A stretch of 64,000 bases of DNA from Minisyncoccota bacterium (lineage in GTDB: Bacteria > Patescibacteriota > Minisyncoccia > Phycocordibacterales > Phycocordibacteraceae), in the NCBI GenBank assembly GCA_041660025.1, contig JBAZXD010000001.1, positions 158,499-222,498 on the forward strand, written 5' to 3'. Shown here piece by piece: positions 56,037-64,000 of this stretch (position 1 is the stretch's first letter; every line of letters begins with the position of its first letter). The position numbers and the translations under genes are program-made. The notes under the pieces are model-generated. The model saw only the letters and a program-made list of their open reading frames with translations, had not been told where the DNA came from and made no database searches.

Positions 56037-56224
56037 AGTACTGGACATTCTACTCTAATTTCAAACGGGAGGCCCGGGAGGGATTGGTCAGGAGTCACTA
56101 ACCGGATTGCTCCAGGCATTCGCAATCCGCTAAGTGCTCACGACCCTGGCTCGCCATCCTCGCTCCGCTCGGATATGGCTCCGCCTTTCAATTCCCGCCG
56201 TCGGATGCTGACGCATCCTCCTTG

Positions 56225-56296
56225 AGGCCCGGGCGGGAATTGAACCCGCGCATAACGGTTTTGCAGACCGTCGCGTTACCACTTCGCCACCGGGCC
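56225..56296 (-). tRNA. tRNA-Cys (anticodon GCA)
   Basis: Minus-strand cloverleaf: acceptor GGCCCGG/CCGGGCC, anticodon loop CUGCAAA, and discriminator U. Confidence 0.85.
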
Positions 56297-56310
56297 GTTC
56301 GTTGATGATA

Positions 56311-56679
56311 CTACTTGACGCTCGGGTCGGGAAGCGATTGTTCGCCGTTATCGAGCATAAAGTCGACGCGCGGGAGGCGCAGTCGCGCGCGCGCCTTTAA
56401 GTGGTCCGAGAACGCCTCGCGCTGGCGCTCGAGGAATGCGAGTGCGGTGCGCGCTTTCTCGACAGGGAAGACGCTCACGAAGACCATGATGCGGTCACCG
56501 TGCGCGACGCTTTGCGCGCGGATGACGGTGATGAGCGATTCGCTCCCCGCTTCGCGCGAGATAAATTGTGCCGCTTCGCGCGCGACTATCTCAGCGGCCC
56601 GATTGCTTTGTTTGCGCGGTGAACGCGAGCGCCCATCGGGACGTGCTCCGTCGGACATTCTGTTTCGAACGGGATTCAT
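56311..56679 (-). CDS. rbfA: Ribosome-binding factor A
   Basis: It has an RbfA-like core (ESLITVIRAQSVAHGDRIMVFVSVFP) and lies immediately downstream of infB with overlapping stop and start. The alternative start at 56658 is equally possible. Confidence 0.65.
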   Translation of the reverse strand: MNPVRNRMSDGARPDGRSRSPRKQSNRAAEIVAREAAQFISREAGSESLITVIRAQSVAHGDRIMVFVSVFPVEKARTALAFLERQREAFSDHLKARARLRLPRVDFMLDNGEQSLPDPSVK

Positions 56680-58145
56680 ACTTCGGTGACGGCGAAGGCG
56701 ACGAGCTCGTCGCCGTAGGCCGCGTTCTCGCGCGCCTCAATCTCGGTGCCGAAGTCGCCCTCGGTCTTGATTTCTTTCACGTCCGCGCGCGCCTGCTGGA
56801 GGTTCTTAATGCTCCCGCGCGCGATTTCCTCGCCCTTACGCAGTATCTTCACGCGATTGCCGACCGTGAGGATACCGCTTATGTGGCGCGCGCCAAGCAC
56901 CTGCTTCTTCGCGCTCGAAGAAAACGCTTTCAGCACCATCGCGCGCCCGAGCTCTTTCTCGGTCGCGAGAGCGGGCACGCATTCTTCGAGGAGTTTTACG
57001 ACCTTCGCCGAGAGTTCATAAATGATAGAGAAGGTATCGATAGCGACCGTATCGCGTTCCGCGAGATCGCGTGCGATAGCATCTGTCCCGACGTTGAACG
57101 CGATGATGATGCCGCCCGAGGCTTTCGCGGTCTTCACATCGGTCTCCGAGACGTTGCCGACGCCCGAAGAGACGATACGGACGGCGGCGCGCTCGTGCGT
57201 TATCTTCGCGAGCTCGTGGATGATCGCGTCGACCGAGCCGGCGACGTCCGCCTTCACGATGATCGGGAGTTCGGTGATGCCCTCGACGGCGGCGCTGCGC
57301 TCGGGAGTAGCCGCTAGTTCTTTTGCGTTCTCCTTCGCGAGCGCCTCCGCTTCTTTCTTGCTCTGCACAATGCTGAAAAGGGAGCCGGCGGCCGGCAGTT
57401 TGCTGAAGCCGGAAATGCGCACCGGCTCAGAGGGTCCCGCCCGCTCGACGCGCGTGCCGCGGAAGTCCTCGATGAAGCGGATGGGAGCGTAGGCGTCGCC
57501 CGCGACGACGAAGCCGTCCTTCGCGAGCGAACCGTCCTTCACGATAAGCGTCGCCGAGGCGCCGCGCTTCGGGTCCTGCGTCGACTCGAGCACGAAGCCG
57601 GTGGCGCTCGCCTCGGGATCGGCAGTGAGCTCGGCGAGGTCGGAGGCGAGGAGGACAAGGTCGAGCAGTTCAGGAATACCTTCGCCGGTCTTCGAAGAGA
57701 CGGGTGCATAGGCGATATCGCCGCCGAGGCCTTCGATGAATATCTCGTGTTCAAGAAGGGAGTTCTTCGCGCGCTCGATATCCGCATTGTTCTTATCGAT
57801 CTTCGTTATCGCGATGAGGTACGGGATGCCCGCCTCCTTGATGGCGGCGAGCGCGTCGAGCGTCTGCGGCATCACGCCCTCGTCCGCGGCAACGACGAGG
57901 ACAGCAATGTCAGCCGCCGCCGCGCCGCGGGTGCGGAGCGCCTTGAATGCTTCGTGGCCAGGCGTATCCAGGAAGGTGACGTGCCGCCCGCCGTGCTCGG
58001 CGATGTATGCCGCGACGTGCTGGGTGATGCCGCCCGCTTCTCCCGCGACGACAGTCGCCTTCCGGATGTAATCCAGAAGGGAAGACTTGCCGTGGTCTAT
58101 GTGGCCCATCACCGCAATGACGGGCGGTCGTGATTCCCGCGCCAT
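56676..58145 (-). CDS. infB: Translation initiation factor IF-2 (short form: G domain to C-terminus only)
   Basis: It has the G domain (VIAVMGHIDHGKSSLLD, DTPGHEAF, NKID), domain II, and the C-terminal fMet-tRNA binding domain. At 489 aa it lacks the long N-terminal region found in E. coli IF-2. Confidence 0.9.
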   Translation of the reverse strand: MARESRPPVIAVMGHIDHGKSSLLDYIRKATVVAGEAGGITQHVAAYIAEHGGRHVTFLDTPGHEAFKALRTRGAAAADIAVLVVAADEGVMPQTLDALAAIKEAGIPYLIAITKIDKNNADIERAKNSLLEHEIFIEGLGGDIAYAPVSSKTGEGIPELLDLVLLASDLAELTADPEASATGFVLESTQDPKRGASATLIVKDGSLAKDGFVVAGDAYAPIRFIEDFRGTRVERAGPSEPVRISGFSKLPAAGSLFSIVQSKKEAEALAKENAKELAATPERSAAVEGITELPIIVKADVAGSVDAIIHELAKITHERAAVRIVSSGVGNVSETDVKTAKASGGIIIAFNVGTDAIARDLAERDTVAIDTFSIIYELSAKVVKLLEECVPALATEKELGRAMVLKAFSSSAKKQVLGARHISGILTVGNRVKILRKGEEIARGSIKNLQQARADVKEIKTEGDFGTEIEARENAAYGDELVAFAVTEV

Positions 58146-58239
58146 AATGGCTCTATTTCATCACAAAAATGACCATATTGCAATTGTGCCGTCCGTATAA
58201 AAGCAACGCCGGCGTACTGCCGGCGAGGTATAAGGTGCT

Positions 58240-58665
58240 TCATTCGAGTATCCACCGTATGACCCTCTCGAACGTTATCCTCTGGATCGGGGCCATCTCG
58301 GATACCGGAACGTCGCAGAACGGGAATATCTTGACGGTATCCTCGTCGCGCGGTGCGAATCGCGCGAAGTCGGCGAGCCCCGCATAGCCGTAGAACATAC
58401 CTATCGGCCGATGCATTGCGACAATGCGCTTGATCCTGACGCTGAGACCGGTCCTTTCTCGAGCGATGCGGATAACGGTATTTTTTGCCGCCGCGCCGCG
58501 GTCGCACGCGCAGTCCGTACCGAGATCTTCGTCGCGGATGCGGTCTCCAGGGAATCTCCAGAGCCCCGTCCTCCGACTCCTGATGAGGATCAAATCGGAG
58601 GTGTTTTCGCCAATTATGACGGCAATAGCGGTGTCGTGTTTGTCTTCGGGCACAGTTGGTTCCAT
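58240..58665 (-). CDS. NUDIX hydrolase (putative)
   Basis: The C-terminal 142 aa of the listed ORF has a Nudix-box-like segment (G...RIARERTGL). The N-terminal two thirds of the listed ORF is the antisense shadow of the NifS-like gene and is excluded here. Confidence 0.45.
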   Translation of the reverse strand: MEPTVPEDKHDTAIAVIIGENTSDLILIRSRRTGLWRFPGDRIRDEDLGTDCACDRGAAAKNTVIRIARERTGLSVRIKRIVAMHRPIGMFYGYAGLADFARFAPRDEDTVKIFPFCDVPVSEMAPIQRITFERVIRWILE

Positions 58666-58765
58666 TGCTGGCTCCTGTTGTGGTTTGTCCGCGGATAGTT
58701 CTACCACGGCTGAGCCGGAAAGTCGAAAGCGCCGCCTCGGACGGCGCGTCGTGTAGAATGGACGG

Positions 58766-59884
58766 ATGCTGTGGAAACGAAGGACGTATCTCGACTGCGC
58801 CGCGGGCGTGAGTGGCAACCCGTCGTCGCCGCACGAAGAGGGAAGGAAGGAGAGAGAGACACTCGAAGATGCGCGGAAGGACATTGCGAGACTGCTTGAG
58901 GTGCAAACCGATGATGTCATCTTCACAAGCGGCGCGACGGAGGCCAACGCGCTTGCGATCCTAGGGCACGTGCGCGCGCTCCGCGCGTCCGGCAGGACTA
59001 TGCACGTGTTGTATCTGCCGAGCGCGCACGCCTCGGTCGTTGAGAATGCGAAACTGCTTGCAACGGAGGGAGTTTCGGTCGAACCGTTGCCGATCAGGGA
59101 GTATCGCATCGATATCGAAGCGCTCGCGAAGATGCTCCGTCCCGATACCGTCCTCGTTTCGATGGACGCGGTCTGCGGCGAGACGGGCGTGGTGTGGAAT
59201 ACGCGAGAGGTCGCTGACGTATTGAAGAAATCCCGCGCGCACGCGCCGGTGCTCCACGTTGACGCGAGCCAGGCGCCCTTCACCGAGAAGATGACTCGCG
59301 CGCATTTCGGCGCGGATATGCTCACGCTCGATGCGTCGAAGGTCTGCGCCGCGCGCGGCATCGGCGCGCTCGTTGCGCACCGCACGATACCGCTCGTACC
59401 GCTCTACGGCGGCGGCAGGCAGGAGCGGGGGCTCCGCTCCGGGAGCGAGGCGCCGGAGCTTGCGCGAGAGTTCGCGGCGGCGCTCGCCGCCGCCGCTCTC
59501 GGCCGCGAAGCATTCCGCGCCAGAGCAGAAAAGGAGCGAGAGCGGCTTATTGCGGCTGTGACAGCGACAGTGCCGAACGTACATATAAATGAAGCGCGCG
59601 CCCAGGCGCCGAATATCCTCAATCTCTCGCTCCCGGGCCGCGACACCGATTACCTCGTCGCGCTCCTTGATGATGCGGGATTCGCCGTCTCCACGCGGAG
59701 CGCCTGCGAGACCGATTCCGAGGAGGGTTCGCGCGCTGTTCTTGTCCTTACCGGAGATGCCGAGAGCGCCCGTGCGACCCTCCGTGTCTCGTGGGGACCG
59801 GACACGCGCCCGCGCGAACTGGCTCTTTTCGCATCGGCGCTCGCGCGTGCGGTCGCGTTTATTGACAGCAACGGTCAAGGGTAG
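58766..59884 (+). CDS. Cysteine desulfurase (class V aminotransferase, NifS/IscS-like)
   Basis: It has the PLP-fold signature (VIFTSGATEANALAI ... PLP-Lys region LTLDASKVCAARGIGAL ... active-site-Cys region STRSACE). Confidence 0.8.
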   Translation: MLWKRRTYLDCAAGVSGNPSSPHEEGRKERETLEDARKDIARLLEVQTDDVIFTSGATEANALAILGHVRALRASGRTMHVLYLPSAHASVVENAKLLATEGVSVEPLPIREYRIDIEALAKMLRPDTVLVSMDAVCGETGVVWNTREVADVLKKSRAHAPVLHVDASQAPFTEKMTRAHFGADMLTLDASKVCAARGIGALVAHRTIPLVPLYGGGRQERGLRSGSEAPELAREFAAALAAAALGREAFRARAEKERERLIAAVTATVPNVHINEARAQAPNILNLSLPGRDTDYLVALLDDAGFAVSTRSACETDSEEGSRAVLVLTGDAESARATLRVSWGPDTRPRELALFASALARAVAFIDSNGQG

Positions 59885-59896
59885 CATCATACTCAT

Positions 59897-60691
59897 ATGA
59901 ACATAGAGGAACTCTCCAAATCTCAGCTCATACTGCTCACGATCCTCGTGAACTTCGTGACCTCGGTCGCGACCGGCATCCTCACGGTCTCGCTCCTCGA
60001 TCACGCACCGGCCTTTGTGACCCAGACCGTGAATCGCGTCGTCGAACGCACCATCGAAACGGTCGCGGCGGCGGCGCCCGCGGCGATCGTCCAGGCTCCC
60101 GCGCCGTCGAATCAAGACCTCGTCACTGCGGCGATCGGGGCGGACGCGACGCGCGCCGTCGCCATCTATGCCGCGGAGACCGGCACCTCAACGCCGGCGA
60201 TCACGGTCGGCACCTATATCCCGAAGGCGCGCGCTATCGCGACTGCGGCGCTCGATGTCCTGCCGAAGGAGGTCCTTATTGAATTTACGGACGGCTCTTC
60301 AATTCCCGCATCCCTCGCGCACGAAGGCAACGGCATCGCGATCTACGGGTTCTCAGATACCGTAGCATTGCCGAAAGTCGCTTCGCCAATCCTTGTTGCG
60401 GCGAGCGACCTGCGTCTCGGCGAGACAGCGCTTGCGCTCACCGCCGACGGCTCCGCCGCGACCGGCATCGTGGCGCGCGTGAGCGCCAAGGGCATCTACA
60501 CCACACTGCCGGACATCGGCGCGGGAAGCGCCGTGGTCAATCTCTCGGGCAATCTCATTGGCATCGGCGCGGGCGCCGCCCCCGGATTCCTTATCAGCGC
60601 GGATAAGATAACCGCACTTCTCACCGCGACCTCAACGAGTCCGACGAGTTCACCGCAAGCGGCTGGAACCCCGACCGCCACCGCGGGGTAA
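59897..60691 (+). CDS. Membrane-anchored trypsin-like (S1/HtrA-like) domain protein, possibly degenerate
   Basis: It has an N-terminal TM helix. A Gly-rich segment resembling the serine-protease active-site region (GAGSAVVNLSGNLIGIG) is followed by a Thr/Ser/Pro-rich tail. Confidence 0.4.
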   Translation: MNIEELSKSQLILLTILVNFVTSVATGILTVSLLDHAPAFVTQTVNRVVERTIETVAAAAPAAIVQAPAPSNQDLVTAAIGADATRAVAIYAAETGTSTPAITVGTYIPKARAIATAALDVLPKEVLIEFTDGSSIPASLAHEGNGIAIYGFSDTVALPKVASPILVAASDLRLGETALALTADGSAATGIVARVSAKGIYTTLPDIGAGSAVVNLSGNLIGIGAGAAPGFLISADKITALLTATSTSPTSSPQAAGTPTATAG

Positions 60692-60705
60692 TATTTTCCA
60701 AACGC

Positions 60706-63393
<2,688 letters not shown>

Positions 63394-63420
63394 ACACGGC
63401 CTCTCTGCTACATTTTCTGT

Positions 63421-63576
63421 ATGTCACAAGACCGCCTGCTCAGGCTCAAGTCCACGAAGTCCAGCCACGTCGTCTGGACCCGTAAGAATAAGAAGAGCGT
63501 CGAACGCAAAATCGAGCTTATGAAGTTCGACCCGACGCTTCGAAAGCGCGTCCTTTTTAAAGAGACAAAAAAATAG
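63421..63576 (+). CDS. rpmG: 50S ribosomal protein L33
   Basis: This 51-aa ORF was missed by the >=60 aa ORF track. The translation MSQDRLLRLKSTKSSHVVWTRKNKKSVERKIELMKFDPTLRKRVLFKETKK matches the L33 pattern (...TKNKR..PEKLELRKFDP..RKHV.FKE.K). Confidence 0.7.
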   Translation: MSQDRLLRLKSTKSSHVVWTRKNKKSVERKIELMKFDPTLRKRVLFKETKK

Positions 63577-63596
63577 AGGATATACGCGACGCCAAA

Positions 63597-63628
63597 CGGC
63601 TCAGACCACGTCTGAGCCGTTTGTTTAT
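63597..63628. terminator. Bidirectional terminator hairpin (aacggctcagac-cacg-gtctgagccgttt) between rpmG and convergent tRNA-Trp
   Basis: A 12-bp stem is followed by TTTGTTTATTTTA on the plus strand. The same stem sequence recurs at 40722-40752. Confidence 0.6.
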
Positions 63629-63699
63629 TTTATGGCGGCGGGCCCACCAGGAATCGGACCTGGGCTGTCGGTTTTGGAGACCGATGTACTACCATTATA
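63629..63699 (-). tRNA. tRNA-Trp (anticodon CCA)
   Basis: Minus-strand cloverleaf: acceptor GGGUCCA/UGGGCCC (one G-U pair), anticodon loop CUCCAAA, and T-loop TCCGATT. Confidence 0.85.
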
Positions 63700-63757
63700 C
63701 GATGGACCCGAAGTGAGGAAGAAATGAATGAGTGTCCTCAATCATTCTTTCTCTCCG
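63700..63757 (-). repeat. Conserved ~55-nt tRNA-upstream element, copy 2 (abuts the tRNA-Trp 5' end)
   Basis: The reverse complement reads ctcgttcggagagaaagaatgattgaggacactcattcatttcttcctcacttc. This is near-identical to 21640-21693. Confidence 0.5.
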
Positions 63758-63863
63758 AACGAGGGTCCATATGCCTACATATGGACCCGTGTGTGCACGA
63801 TAGCAGATAGACGGGTGGGGGAAAAGCCGCCCCGAGTCGGCCGAGGGGCGGTATGATGGGGAT

Positions 63864-64000
63864 ATGCGTTTTAGAGCACCTCTGTTCGCGCTTCTGCTTG
63901 TCGCAGGTTCGCTCGCGTTGCCGCTTGCCGCGCACGCGGCGATACCGTTCCTCGGCCCCATTATCCCAGAAGATGTTAATCGATGCGCGGCAGGCTGGGG
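63864..64000 (+). CDS. Secreted hypothetical protein, N-terminal fragment (continues beyond the window end)
   Basis: An ATG at 63864 is followed by a signal peptide (MRFRAPLFALLLVAGSLALPLAAHA) in an open frame to the window edge. Confidence 0.4.
   Translation, partial: MRFRAPLFALLLVAGSLALPLAAHAAIPFLGPIIPEDVNRCAAGW

Noticed and set aside
56037-56224. Calling the tRNA-cluster spacer as SRP (4.5S) RNA
   Set aside because: I could not identify the helix-8 consensus (GNRA tetraloop flanked by AGCAG/GGAAG-type loops) on either strand, so it is left as unassigned structured RNA.
58666-59385. N-terminal ~240 aa of the listed 381-aa minus ORF 58240-59385
   Set aside because: This part is a Ser/Thr/Ala-rich antisense shadow of the NifS-like gene. 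Only the C-terminal Nudix-like segment (58240-58665) was kept.

Overview
The window is about 60% GC and densely packed with housekeeping genes. It looks like a small, reduced bacterial genome, possibly a Candidate Phyla Radiation / Patescibacteria-like lineage. I infer this from the many short hypothetical membrane proteins, the truncated IF-2, ValRS and HisRS-like genes, and tRNAs that mostly lack an encoded CCA.

Identifiable content, in order along the window: ssrA (tmRNA) with smpB; ftsH; recG; malic enzyme; a lemA–GGDEF–htpX cluster; class II (B12-dependent) ribonucleotide reductase; RNase P RNA; an O-antigen-ligase/TPR membrane protein; murJ; lepA; an ftsB-like gene; a glutaredoxin-like gene; hsp20; a prsW-like protease; valS; tsaD; nrnA; rlmI; rlmB; a GH18 hydrolase; trxB; ftsZ–ftsA–ybeY–rpsU; a hisS-like gene; lepB; pth; rpsA; gyrA; infB–rbfA; a NifS-like cysteine desulfurase; clpB; and rpmG. 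There are 13 tRNAs.

The two most interesting regions are these. First, a putative cobalamin riboswitch followed by two secreted DUF4430 (transcobalamin-like) proteins and an ECF S-component-like membrane protein (33.0–35.9 kb). This is a candidate B12-scavenging locus, and it fits the B12-dependent RNR elsewhere in the window. Second, an operon of a SAM methyltransferase, a solute-binding-like protein and six tandem paralogous small two-helix membrane proteins (51.3–53.6 kb), which may be VirB2/TrbC-like pilins.

Other anomalies: an AT-rich gene wedged between tRNA-Ile and recG; a low-GC two-ORF cassette; a ~55-nt conserved element directly upstream of two different tRNAs; a repeated terminator hairpin; and unassigned structured intergenic segments.

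All calls are made by eye from sequence and motif recognition. No database search was possible.
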